Shown: positions 12,780 through 24,500, counted from the first letter of the stretch. The stretch is 64,000 nucleotides of DNA from Bugula neritina (GCA_964035545.1 OZ037773.1:6229751-6293750), one strand, 5' to 3'. Notes: generated by a model from the letters alone, not told the origin. A program made the numbers and translations.

Positions 12780-15764
12780 CAAAAAAGACCCCAAGCTATA
12801 CGCTATTCCTAGGTATACAATACTGCATACAAGGTACATGTAACAAAAGTAAGTGTAACTGGCAAGCATGCATATTTCTGTTTAAAGGTCAAAACCTAGA
12901 CGACATCAGTTTTATCATTTGTAATCTAGTTCAGCCTGAAGACCGGCAATTACCATTGATAGCTGTAAAAAATATACTAAAAATAATGATGGTTCTTCAA
13001 TTATTGAAAAATGACTATGATAAATATTGACTTTTTCATATATTATTCTAATTGTAATTCTGTAAAGAATAATCGATTTAGTTTAGAGTATTGTTTGCTC
13101 TGAGTTGCGTGTAGGGTCAAGACCTTGAAGAACATTTGTCTTGTTTATCTATGAGCAGTTGATTGATGTGTGAATTCACTAAATTTAAACAAACTGCAAT
13201 ACGTTGCAGTACCAGCATTCAAGGAAACATTCAACTTTTGTCTCACTATGCAGGGTCGTTTTAAACATCATATTTTAACTTTTGACGTGGGTGAATCTGA
13301 CATACTAATAGCATTATAATCATCTCATCAACATTCAAATAGAACCTCCCTAAAATATAAACAATGATATCTTGAGTCTAATATGTCCCAATTCTTATGT
13401 TGGTATCGCGTATCAGCATTATTAATCAATCATTGTTATAGCTTTTAGCCTTGACTGTCAGTATAGTGATCAAAATACATTATTATATTTTTTATTAATT
13501 GAGTTTTATTATATTATATCTATTATATATTATTGCTTAGCAGAAGGCTAAAAGTAATATTGACAAAAACGGTATTTAACTTGAAAGTTCTGCTAATGAT
13601 TGTAGTTTGCAGTCAGTGCTTTAGCTACTTTTCTTATTATTAATATTAGGAGCTCTCATTTGAGATTTCTTGAAGATTATTTTTAATTGTATTAAGACTT
13701 TGGATTAACAAAGAACCAATCATTGCACTCCATTTTATGACCACGCAATATTATGCATTTGGCTTACAGTTAGGAATTATATCTCAACTTGTGTGTGCGT
13801 CAGTGTGTGTACAACTAGTGTAAAAGCTGGTTTATGTGGGCGGAGGATGCAAATCCTTACCAGAGTACACAACCTTTCAGTTTTGAACTCCATTCTGTTA
13901 TTATGCAATATGGCACCCAACAAGACAATGTGAAATGGCAATGAACTCTTTCAAGTGTGTAAAACCCTGAATCACTTGTACCTGCAGCCAGTAAACTCAG
14001 CTTCTTGGTAAACAACCTACTTCATGCTAAAGTCTTTAGTTAACTCACATTAATTATACTTTGCTTCATTAAATCCTGCAGATTAAACTGCATATCCTCA
14101 CATTAGTAAGGGAACTATAATTACTACTTGTGCTCAACACTGCACCACTTGTATTCACAGAAAACTTGGTTCTCTCAATAGTATTACTACACCTAAACAG
14201 ATTGTGTCTGCTGTTCAACCACTTTACACGTTATTACTACACCTAAATAAAGTTCATCAGCTTTCCACCCACCAATACAATATTACTAAACCTTAGACAG
14301 TCCCCCACAACATTCTCATTACAACTCTTTCTGTTTGATCTCCTTGAGGTAGTTCATAACAACATAAGTTTAGAGTTTGGACCATCAATAGTCAAAGGTT
14401 TTCAAGTTTGAATAATAAAATTTATGAGCAGCTAATAGATTACTGAACAATATGATGCAAAAGTTAACTGCAGCGAAACAAAACTTGGTAAACTGTACTG
14501 GGAAAGAGTAAAGGTTTTTCACTATTTACTGCAAAATTTCATTTTTTATAGGATTTGCTATTATTAAATATTTCTAGTTTATTAAGAATTTTACACTTTC
14601 ATTAAACTAAAAGCATCCGCTTGCCAATTTATATGATAAAAGCAAAACTGCGAGCTAATATATGAGCAAATATTGCATAAGAATTTTTCAGAGATATAGT
14701 TTCTGGTCACACTAATAGAATAAGGAATACTAGAATTGCTATCACAATGTCCTCACTACTTCTAGCTCAAAGTTCAGGTGCTAAAACTCAAGTGCAATCT
14801 TTATTGAACTCTGAAGTACTTACATTTGTTTGCTCTTTCGGCAGAAGTACCCGTATGCAGCTGTAAATTCTATTTTTTCACACGTTGCTTCTCTCAAATC
14901 CTACAGCACTTCAATATACAGGAAGTCTAAAAGGAAATAAAATTTTGTATGCTGTAAGCTAAAGCCAGGCAGATTCTTAATACAAAGAAATTTTGTAATA
15001 CCATGGATTGATGAAAACAGCTACAGGATGGTAAATGCAAAGTTAAAAGAAAAAGGGCACCATTAGAGCTCCTACTATAAAATTAGCTGGACATCACAGC
15101 ATGCAGCAATTGTATATAAAAACTTTAGGCTATACATACATACAAATCTTGACGAAAATGATATTTTTACTATAGAGCACTAATAGTTTATTTTGTGCTG
15201 CTGAAATATGACCACATAGTTAAAATTCAAGTCTCGAAGAAATATTTATATTCATTCCAATTCAATTTCTACAGAAGTAATAGATTCTTACCTGCTAGTA
15301 CAGTAGTAAAGCAGTTACTGGGATGAGCTTATGTCTTATCCTCAATGATGAAGTTACGCATCAGCAACTCAGCAAATGAAGGCTCTATAAATTGTGCTCT
15401 TTTTAATACCTTTGATTTAGCACATTAGCCAATCAGATTGCTAGTTCACTTGTTCGAATTATGCTGCGGTTAGATTAGCATCAGATAGCACTATATTAAA
15501 TGTGGGATACAAAAACAATAATATAAGTTATGACAAGTCATATTGATGGCACAAAATTGGCACAAAAGATGTTTGAAGAAGTTGTGAAATAATTTCACAA
15601 GATATAAACTTTTTAGAATAAAATTTCTAAGGCCTAAGCTTAAAAGTGATGAAATGAAATAAAAAATCTACTCTTTAAAAAACTGCTTTCTATAGTCATT
15701 TATATGTCAGCAATTTGCATATTTTGATTATTTGTCTTCAGACTTGTTGAATAGTGTATAGTAA

Positions 15765-15825
15765 ATATAGTATATAAATACAGTATATATATATATACAG
15801 TATATATATACAGTATATATATACA

Positions 15826-15913
<88 letters not shown>

Positions 15914-16092
15914 TGTATATATATATACTGTATTTATATATATATACTGTATTTATATACAGTATATATATATAAATACAGTATATATATATATACAGTA
16001 TATATATATATACTGTATATATATACAGTATATATATATATACTGTATATAAATACAGTATATATATATATATACAGTATATATATATACTG

Positions 16093-16187
<95 letters not shown>

Positions 16188-16220
16188 TATATATACAGTA
16201 TATATACAGTATATAAATAT
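15765..16220. repeat. Complex (TA)n microsatellite interrupted by ACAGT/ACTGT units
   Basis: Long pure TA runs at about 15828-15912 and 16097-16184, with interspersed tacagta/tactgta units in both orientations. Confidence 0.95.
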
Positions 16221-17036
16221 GTATGTCCTTTTAGCTTAACCTATTAACAAATAAGTACTACTTACAGATGCTATGACTTCTCCCCCCTCGCCTCATGCAC
16301 AGTTTCACCCCCTTTATTCACTCCTTTCAATGAACTAGCTGCCAGGCAAATTGTAGTTATGAGTGAAAGCCCACAGAATTTGCTTGTCAAGTACACCAAG
16401 CAATAGTTAGAAAAATGGAGGTACACGTAAATGCAGTAGTAGAGAAATTGAGAAAAGCCTGGTGTTTTAGATTGGAAATGTAGCAAAAGAGTGGATATGT
16501 TTTCGAAAAAGTTTGAACCAAAATTCTCTAAGAAAGTTTAAGAACTTAGACTGTTGAAGTTTCTCCACTACTGCACATAAATGAAAAATAGTGTAAACTT
16601 TTGCATTATGGTTTATATAATTTTATTTTGGGATTTAAAAACAATTAATTAAATAGGCTTTATATTTTCTAAGATGTAATTAGATTATTATTTCACAAGA
16701 TGGTACTGCATTTAAAAAGTTTGAAGAGCATAGCGCTTTGATGAGAAAGATAAAACAGTTCTAAAACAGCTCTTGGAAGTTAAAAGCATTCTGATTATAA
16801 ACTTTTTGCATTACATCTGTTTAAGCTACTGTTCTTTATAGAAACTTTTGAATATATTGAAAATTGCTCACAGAGGTGCCAACTTTCACCTAACTCTTGG
16901 CTAGTTTGAAGTAACCAGTGTGCATTAACTCAAAACCCGGATGCCGGAAGCTCTAACTGAAGCTAATTATGTGAAACCAGGCAATGTAAAAATAGCATTA
17001 CCTTAGATACCACCTTTGTTACATTGCGTAACCATC

Positions 17037-17595
17037 TGTCACAAAACTGTTGGTAGCAGTGTGACGAGTTCGAAAAGTCTGGTAGTCAGAAGTATATAGA
17101 CAAGTAGCATACAGCTTGCTAATCCAGTTGTGAGTAAATAGAGTTGTGAATAAGTAGACTTTATTTCTCTAGTAAGATATGCACAGATGAATTTATAAAA
17201 ATGAACTCCAAGAATGAACTTATAAAAAGGAACTGCGAGAATAAACTGAACTGTAAACACAACTGCCTCAGTATTTATAGTAAACAAAAAGCTCTAGAAT
17301 ATTCTCAAGCATTCCAGTACAGAAGATTCTAGTAGAAAACATTCCCCACATGCCAATACTATTTATAGAAAATCAAAACAAAACAAAACATTGGAATTTC
17401 CATGGTTATTTCGCAATTATTGCGCAATACCTTGTTTACATTGCTGGGCAGTAGTTAACATGACTAACCAAAATAGTAACAATGAACAATGACCCATCTC
17501 TTTGATTAGTCTAGAATATTTATGAACATTCCTGTATAATCATTAGGAAAAACCTGGTAGGTCTATAGATATATGTACACTCAGAATTTGTGACA
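17037..17595 (-). repeat. LTR (3'-most LTR of the array), 559 bp
   Basis: TG..CA ends with 9-bp inverted repeat TGTCACAAA/TTTGTGACA. Minus-strand TATAAATA at 17360-17367 and 17272-17279, AATAAA at 17160-17165. Confidence 0.96.
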
Positions 17596-17596
17596 A

Positions 17597-17607
17597 CCCC
17601 CCATTCT
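17597..17607 (-). promoter_or_regulatory. Polypurine tract (also at +3876, +7752, +11628)
   Basis: Minus strand AGAATGGGGGG lies one base before the LTR start TGTCACA. Confidence 0.8.
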
Positions 17608-17641
17608 AAGAGAAATTATCTTGATCATTTCTCCTAACTAC

Positions 17642-17765
17642 TTAAAATTCTGAGTCAATTCGGCTTAGATAATCAGCTCCAACATTGTCCTTTCCTTTGA
17701 TTGACTCCACCTTTATTCTGAAGTTCTGTAAATACATAGCCCATCTCATCACTCTGCTGTTTCTT
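17642..17765 (-). pseudogene. Out-of-frame remnant of the RNase H C-terminus (repeated in each unit, ending at 21518, 25394, 29270)
   Basis: RNSRVMRWAMYLQNFRIKVESIKGKDNVGADYLSR matches the Ty3/Gypsy RNase H end consensus R..RW...LQ.F.F.I.Y..GK.N..AD.LSR. It lies in a different frame from the long ORF. Confidence 0.88.
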
Positions 17766-20700
17766 ACTGTACAGATCCAACAAATCATTTTGGCATTCTT
17801 CTCTTTCCTTATCGTGATCAATAATTCCAGCACCAGCAGCATCTAGAGTCATCACAGCTCCAACAGTCATAGAGTCGGTAGGTGTCTCCCGCTCAAAATA
17901 TTTCTTCAGCATGTTGGCATGGTATGTTCTCCTCTTCCCTCTGATGTTGATAATGTAGTCATTCAGTCTGACTTTCTCCTCAATATTGAATGGTCCTTGC
18001 CAATGCATCAGCAATTTATTTCCATCCGTAGGTAGAAGAATGAGCACTTTGTCACCAGGTTTGAAGTCTCTCTGCTTAGCTTTCTTATCAAAATAGTGTT
18101 TGTATCTTTTTTGACTGTCTTTTAGCGAAGCTAGTGCCATCTCCATCATGTCATCTAAACGCTCTCTCAATTCAAAAACATGTTGATAGCAGGTCTTGAC
18201 TTCATCGGCAGTGTCTTCTTTTGTCCAAAGTTGTCGCAGGATGTACATTGGTCCACGCACAGTTCTTCCATAGAGTAACTCGAATGGGGCGAAGCCTGTT
18301 GATTCCTGTGGGACTTCTCTATATGCAAATAGAGCTGCATTGATGAACCGATGCCACTGTCTTGGTTCTTTAGCACACAACTTTTTTAACATACTCTTGA
18401 GGGTTCCGTTGAACTTTTCCACAAGTCCATTGGCCATTGCATGGTATGGTGAGGTAGGAAGTTGTCGCATGTCAAGTAATCTGGTAAACTCTTTCATGTA
18501 GTCCGAGATGAATTGAGTTCCTTGGTCGCTTATCACCTCCTCTGGTATCCCAACACGACTGTATATGTCAAGCAGCGCTTCAGCTACAGTAGCTGAGTCA
18601 ATGTTCTTCAATGGTGTAGCTTCAGGATATCTTGTAGCATAGTCAACTAAAGTTAGGATGTAGCGGTGTCCTTTCTCACTTGGAGGGTTAATTGGTCCGA
18701 TTAGGTCTATTGCACATCTCTTGAATGGGGTGTCAATTAGTGGAGTTTCCTGTACTGGAACTTTCATGACTGAGCCTTTTTTCACCGTCTTCTGGCAAAT
18801 GTCACATGACTGACAGAAACGTACGACATCTCCGTTTAGTCCTGGCCAGAAGAAGTTGGAAAGCACTCTATCAGTGGTTTTCTTTACTCCTAGGTGTCCG
18901 CTCATTATGCAGTCATGAGCTTTCTGTAGAACTTCCTTCCTCAGTGAACTGGGTACCATGAGTTGTTTAACAGGTTTTACACTGACAGGCTTCGAGTCGG
19001 TGTACTCACGGTACAGAATCTTGTTCCTCACCACAAACCTAGTGGTGCATCCCTTTTTCTCCTTCACTTCTTTTGCATCGAAGAAACGTTCCAATGTGGG
19101 GTCATCCCTCTGCAGTCTGGCTATTTCATCTTTCCCTATACTTAATGGGTTAGTATTTGAATCAATCTTCAGTGGTTTGTCTCCTGACTTTTCCTTGACA
19201 GCCTGAGCTCTTGTGGTTACGGCGCAGTCCTTCCAGTTTTCCAGCGGCTGGTCAGCTGATCTCGCTCCATCCACATTCCCAATAAGCAGGTCACAAATCG
19301 TCTTGTCCATTACTGCAGCTTTGACGACTCCATTGTAAAATGGTGAGCGCACTGAGATAAGTGCCCACTGAGCCTCCTTAACACTTGCATCAGCCATCTT
19401 CAGATAAACTGATTCTCCAGTTAAGTGTTGAGGTTGCACATACTTTGCATTGACTACAATGCAACCACAGCCGGTGTCGCGCATTACAGTAGCTCGTTGG
19501 CCATTAACTTCCGCATCAAATATCGCTGTGCCCCCATCTTTGAATTTAGGTCCATTCTTGCAGACAGCAGCGTTGATAAACTTTTTACCATTAACTGTGA
19601 TTTCCGTAGGTTCTTCCACTTTAGATGAGATTCCTGGATCTGTGACCACAGTCTTATTCTGAGTAGTCGCTATTGCAGCAGCAGCATGCACTAACCTCCC
19701 ACCATACTTTCTGCAGTCTGAAGTATTGTGGTTGTTCATCTTGCAATGTGAACAGTGCTTCTTCCCTTGCCGTGGGCAGTTACGAGCAATGTGCGACTTA
19801 TCTTTGCAGATGAAGCATGCACCATCGCTTTTACTTCCTTGTTCAGCATCCATGCTATCGGCAGGCGCGTTTTCCATCCTTTTTGTATTAGTTTTCTTTG
19901 TCTTTGCTAGTTTCCTTCCACGAGCGTGCAAGAACAGTGACGCTGCATCACACATATCCTCACTGCTGTTGTAGGAACTTTGCTTTAAATGCACAGCTAG
20001 GTCGTCTGGGCATGATGATATAAATTGTTCAGTCGCCACTAGTTTGGCTATGTCCATGCCCCCTGAAAGTTCTACCCACTTGTGCACATAAGTTTCTATC
20101 CTAGTGAATAGTTGGGCAGGAGTTTCATCCTCGTAAGCTTCTGCCTCTCTGAGCTTTTTTTTGTAGCCCTCTTGAGTCAAGTTAAAGCGCTCCAACAAGG
20201 CTTCTTTGACTTTTTTATAATCTCTACGGTCGGTAGGTGATAACCGGATGTAAGCTTCTGTTGCTGTACCCCTTAGGTACTGACTGAGATGGTAGGGCCA
20301 ATCTCCCTTGTCCCAGTTACATCCTTCGGCAACCCACTCGAACCGCTCTAAATAGCTATCCATTTCGTCCACCTTCTCATCAAAGAATGGTATTTTTGGT
20401 TTTGGTTTGTTAGCTATTTCTAACCTGGTGCTCTCATGTCTTGAGTGCTCCAAACTTGTGTCAGCTTTCAGCTTTTCCATATCTAATTCATGTCGTTGTC
20501 TTCTCTCTTCTGCCTCCTGGTCAGCTTTAACCTTGAGTGCCATTGCCTCCTGATCAGCTTTAACCTTGAATGCCATTGCCTCCTGATCAGCTTTTATCTT
20601 CATCTCCATTAAGGCTTTCTCATTTTCTTGCCTGATCCTTTCCGCCTCACGCTCTAATCTCCGCTCCTCTCGGTCCTTTTCTTTTTCCTCTCGGTCCTTT

Positions 20701-20816
20701 TCTTTTTCTTCTTGTGCAGCAACAATGGGTAGGTTCTTTTCAACAAAAGCTACGAGCTTGTCATCCACCAGTCCAAGATCTTTACCCATCTGTGTCACTC
20801 TCTCCAACAACGCCAT
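17673..20816 (-). CDS. Gag-protease-integrase polyprotein lacking RT, copy 1
   Basis: N-terminal coiled coil; Gag core (YLERFE..A...W); two CCHC knuckles (CFICKDKSHIARNC, CSHCKMNNHNTSDC); aspartic protease RDTGC and DLLIGN; integrase HHCC (HDCIMSGH...CDIC), DDE (IDLIGP, ISDQG, VEKFN) and GPF motif. No YxDD RT motif. Confidence 0.95.
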   Translation of the reverse strand: MALLERVTQMGKDLGLVDDKLVAFVEKNLPIVAAQEEKEKDREEKEKDREERRLEREAERIRQENEKALMEMKIKADQEAMAFKVKADQEAMALKVKADQEAEERRQRHELDMEKLKADTSLEHSRHESTRLEIANKPKPKIPFFDEKVDEMDSYLERFEWVAEGCNWDKGDWPYHLSQYLRGTATEAYIRLSPTDRRDYKKVKEALLERFNLTQEGYKKKLREAEAYEDETPAQLFTRIETYVHKWVELSGGMDIAKLVATEQFISSCPDDLAVHLKQSSYNSSEDMCDAASLFLHARGRKLAKTKKTNTKRMENAPADSMDAEQGSKSDGACFICKDKSHIARNCPRQGKKHCSHCKMNNHNTSDCRKYGGRLVHAAAAIATTQNKTVVTDPGISSKVEEPTEITVNGKKFINAAVCKNGPKFKDGGTAIFDAEVNGQRATVMRDTGCGCIVVNAKYVQPQHLTGESVYLKMADASVKEAQWALISVRSPFYNGVVKAAVMDKTICDLLIGNVDGARSADQPLENWKDCAVTTRAQAVKEKSGDKPLKIDSNTNPLSIGKDEIARLQRDDPTLERFFDAKEVKEKKGCTTRFVVRNKILYREYTDSKPVSVKPVKQLMVPSSLRKEVLQKAHDCIMSGHLGVKKTTDRVLSNFFWPGLNGDVVRFCQSCDICQKTVKKGSVMKVPVQETPLIDTPFKRCAIDLIGPINPPSEKGHRYILTLVDYATRYPEATPLKNIDSATVAEALLDIYSRVGIPEEVISDQGTQFISDYMKEFTRLLDMRQLPTSPYHAMANGLVEKFNGTLKSMLKKLCAKEPRQWHRFINAALFAYREVPQESTGFAPFELLYGRTVRGPMYILRQLWTKEDTADEVKTCYQHVFELRERLDDMMEMALASLKDSQKRYKHYFDKKAKQRDFKPGDKVLILLPTDGNKLLMHWQGPFNIEEKVRLNDYIINIRGKRRTYHANMLKKYFERETPTDSMTVGAVMTLDAAGAGIIDHDKEREECQNDLLDLYSKKQQSDEMGYVFTELQNKGGVNQRKGQCWS

Positions 20817-20892
20817 AATGTCTCAACAACCGTTAATTAATCCTGTGTATACTCACGTTGTAACTAATAACTTCCCTGTGTGCGACTGAGAC

Positions 20893-20910
20893 TTCCCGGA
20901 GCAGCCCCCA
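20893..20910 (-). promoter_or_regulatory. Primer-binding site, tRNA-Pro type (also 24769-24786, 28645-28662, 32521-32538)
   Basis: TGGGGGCTGCTCCGGGAA, 2 nt after the LTR end; 15/18 match to the canonical tRNA-Pro PBS TGGGGGCTCGTCCGGGAT. Confidence 0.85.
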
Positions 20911-20912
20911 AT

Positions 20913-21471
20913 TGTCACAAAACTGTTGGTAGCAGTGTGACGAGTTCGAAAAGTCTGGTAGTCAGAAGTATATAGACAAGTAGCATACAGCTTGCTAATC
21001 CAGTTGTGAGTAAATAGAGTTGTGAATAAGTAGACTTTATTTCTCTAGTAAGATATGCACAGATGAATTTATAAAAATGAACTCCAAGAATGAACTTATA
21101 AAAAGGAACTGCGAGAATAAACTGAACTGTAAACACAACTGCCTCAGTATTTATAGTAAACAAAAAGCTCTAGAATATTCTCAAGCATTCCAGTACAGAA
21201 GATTCTAGTAGAAAACATTCCCCACATGCCAATACTATTTATAGAAAATCAAAACAAAACAAAACATTGGAATTTCCATGGTTATTTCGCAATTATTGCG
21301 CAATACCTTGTTTACATTGCTGGGCAGTAGTTAACATGACTAACCAAAATAGTAACAATGAACAATGACCCATCTCTTTGATTAGTCTAGAATATTTATG
21401 AACATTCCTGTATAATCATTAGGAAAAACCTGGTAGGTCTATAGATATATGTACACTCAGAATTTGTGACA
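20913..21471 (-). repeat. Shared internal LTR 2
   Basis: Same sequence as 17037-17595, with a PBS on one side and a PPT on the other. Confidence 0.96.
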
Positions 21472-21548
21472 ACCCCCCATTCTAAGAGAAATTATCTTGA
21501 TCATTTCTCCTAACTACTTAAAATTCTGAGTCAATTCGGCTTAGATAA

Positions 21549-24500
21549 TCAGCTCCAACATTGTCCTTTCCTTTGATTGACTCCACCTTTATTCTGAAGT
21601 TCTGTAAATACATAGCCCATCTCATCACTCTGCTGTTTCTTACTGTACAGATCCAACAAATCATTTTGGCATTCTTCTCTTTCCTTATCGTGATCAATAA
21701 TTCCAGCACCAGCAGCATCTAGAGTCATCACAGCTCCAACAGTCATAGAGTCGGTAGGTGTCTCCCGCTCAAAATATTTCTTCAGCATGTTGGCATGGTA
21801 TGTTCTCCTCTTCCCTCTGATGTTGATAATGTAGTCATTCAGTCTGACTTTCTCCTCAATATTGAATGGTCCTTGCCAATGCATCAGCAATTTATTTCCA
21901 TCCGTAGGTAGAAGAATGAGCACTTTGTCACCAGGTTTGAAGTCTCTCTGCTTAGCTTTCTTATCAAAATAGTGTTTGTATCTTTTTTGACTGTCTTTTA
22001 GCGAAGCTAGTGCCATCTCCATCATGTCATCTAAACGCTCTCTCAATTCAAAAACATGTTGATAGCAGGTCTTGACTTCATCGGCAGTGTCTTCTTTTGT
22101 CCAAAGTTGTCGCAGGATGTACATTGGTCCACGCACAGTTCTTCCATAGAGTAACTCGAATGGGGCGAAGCCTGTTGATTCCTGTGGGACTTCTCTATAT
22201 GCAAATAGAGCTGCATTGATGAACCGATGCCACTGTCTTGGTTCTTTAGCACACAACTTTTTTAACATACTCTTGAGGGTTCCGTTGAACTTTTCCACAA
22301 GTCCATTGGCCATTGCATGGTATGGTGAGGTAGGAAGTTGTCGCATGTCAAGTAATCTGGTAAACTCTTTCATGTAGTCCGAGATGAATTGAGTTCCTTG
22401 GTCGCTTATCACCTCCTCTGGTATCCCAACACGACTGTATATGTCAAGCAGCGCTTCAGCTACAGTAGCTGAGTCAATGTTCTTCAATGGTGTAGCTTCA
22501 GGATATCTTGTAGCATAGTCAACTAAAGTTAGGATGTAGCGGTGTCCTTTCTCACTTGGAGGGTTAATTGGTCCGATTAGGTCTATTGCACATCTCTTGA
22601 ATGGGGTGTCAATTAGTGGAGTTTCCTGTACTGGAACTTTCATGACTGAGCCTTTTTTCACCGTCTTCTGGCAAATGTCACATGACTGACAGAAACGTAC
22701 GACATCTCCGTTTAGTCCTGGCCAGAAGAAGTTGGAAAGCACTCTATCAGTGGTTTTCTTTACTCCTAGGTGTCCGCTCATTATGCAGTCATGAGCTTTC
22801 TGTAGAACTTCCTTCCTCAGTGAACTGGGTACCATGAGTTGTTTAACAGGTTTTACACTGACAGGCTTCGAGTCGGTGTACTCACGGTACAGAATCTTGT
22901 TCCTCACCACAAACCTAGTGGTGCATCCCTTTTTCTCCTTCACTTCTTTTGCATCGAAGAAACGTTCCAATGTGGGGTCATCCCTCTGCAGTCTGGCTAT
23001 TTCATCTTTCCCTATACTTAATGGGTTAGTATTTGAATCAATCTTCAGTGGTTTGTCTCCTGACTTTTCCTTGACAGCCTGAGCTCTTGTGGTTACGGCG
23101 CAGTCCTTCCAGTTTTCCAGCGGCTGGTCAGCTGATCTCGCTCCATCCACATTCCCAATAAGCAGGTCACAAATCGTCTTGTCCATTACTGCAGCTTTGA
23201 CGACTCCATTGTAAAATGGTGAGCGCACTGAGATAAGTGCCCACTGAGCCTCCTTAACACTTGCATCAGCCATCTTCAGATAAACTGATTCTCCAGTTAA
23301 GTGTTGAGGTTGCACATACTTTGCATTGACTACAATGCAACCACAGCCGGTGTCGCGCATTACAGTAGCTCGTTGGCCATTAACTTCCGCATCAAATATC
23401 GCTGTGCCCCCATCTTTGAATTTAGGTCCATTCTTGCAGACAGCAGCGTTGATAAACTTTTTACCATTAACTGTGATTTCCGTAGGTTCTTCCACTTTAG
23501 ATGAGATTCCTGGATCTGTGACCACAGTCTTATTCTGAGTAGTCGCTATTGCAGCAGCAGCATGCACTAACCTCCCACCATACTTTCTGCAGTCTGAAGT
23601 ATTGTGGTTGTTCATCTTGCAATGTGAACAGTGCTTCTTCCCTTGCCGTGGGCAGTTACGAGCAATGTGCGACTTATCTTTGCAGATGAAGCATGCACCA
23701 TCGCTTTTACTTCCTTGTTCAGCATCCATGCTATCGGCAGGCGCGTTTTCCATCCTTTTTGTATTAGTTTTCTTTGTCTTTGCTAGTTTCCTTCCACGAG
23801 CGTGCAAGAACAGTGACGCTGCATCACACATATCCTCACTGCTGTTGTAGGAACTTTGCTTTAAATGCACAGCTAGGTCGTCTGGGCATGATGATATAAA
23901 TTGTTCAGTCGCCACTAGTTTGGCTATGTCCATGCCCCCTGAAAGTTCTACCCACTTGTGCACATAAGTTTCTATCCTAGTGAATAGTTGGGCAGGAGTT
24001 TCATCCTCGTAAGCTTCTGCCTCTCTGAGCTTTTTTTTGTAGCCCTCTTGAGTCAAGTTAAAGCGCTCCAACAAGGCTTCTTTGACTTTTTTATAATCTC
24101 TACGGTCGGTAGGTGATAACCGGATGTAAGCTTCTGTTGCTGTACCCCTTAGGTACTGACTGAGATGGTAGGGCCAATCTCCCTTGTCCCAGTTACATCC
24201 TTCGGCAACCCACTCGAACCGCTCTAAATAGCTATCCATTTCGTCCACCTTCTCATCAAAGAATGGTATTTTTGGTTTTGGTTTGTTAGCTATTTCTAAC
24301 CTGGTGCTCTCATGTCTTGAGTGCTCCAAACTTGTGTCAGCTTTCAGCTTTTCCATATCTAATTCATGTCGTTGTCTTCTCTCTTCTGCCTCCTGGTCAG
24401 CTTTAACCTTGAGTGCCATTGCCTCCTGATCAGCTTTAACCTTGAATGCCATTGCCTCCTGATCAGCTTTTATCTTCATCTCCATTAAGGCTTTCTCATT

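Noticed and set aside
14120-14300. TATTACTACACCTAAA recurring at about 50-bp spacing, superficially CRISPR-like
   Set aside because: Only 2-3 degenerate 16-bp repeats in a eukaryotic context with no cas genes. Best read as an old tandem repeat.
17039-17287. 82-aa hydrophobic ORF in each LTR as a possible env or accessory gene
   Set aside because: It lies wholly within the LTR, starts at a non-ATG codon and spans the poly(A) signal. Its hydrophobicity follows from T-rich sequence.
18167-19974. Short antisense and alternate-frame ORFs inside the polyprotein gene, repeated in each unit
   Set aside because: Shadows of the long ORF with no recognisable motifs. They recur only because of the tandem copies.
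17673-20816. Copia/Ty1 or Ginger/domesticated integrase assignment
   Set aside because: The integrase and RNase H tail motifs are Gypsy-type, and LTRs, PBS, PPT and Gag are present. A Gmr1-like Gypsy derivative fits better.
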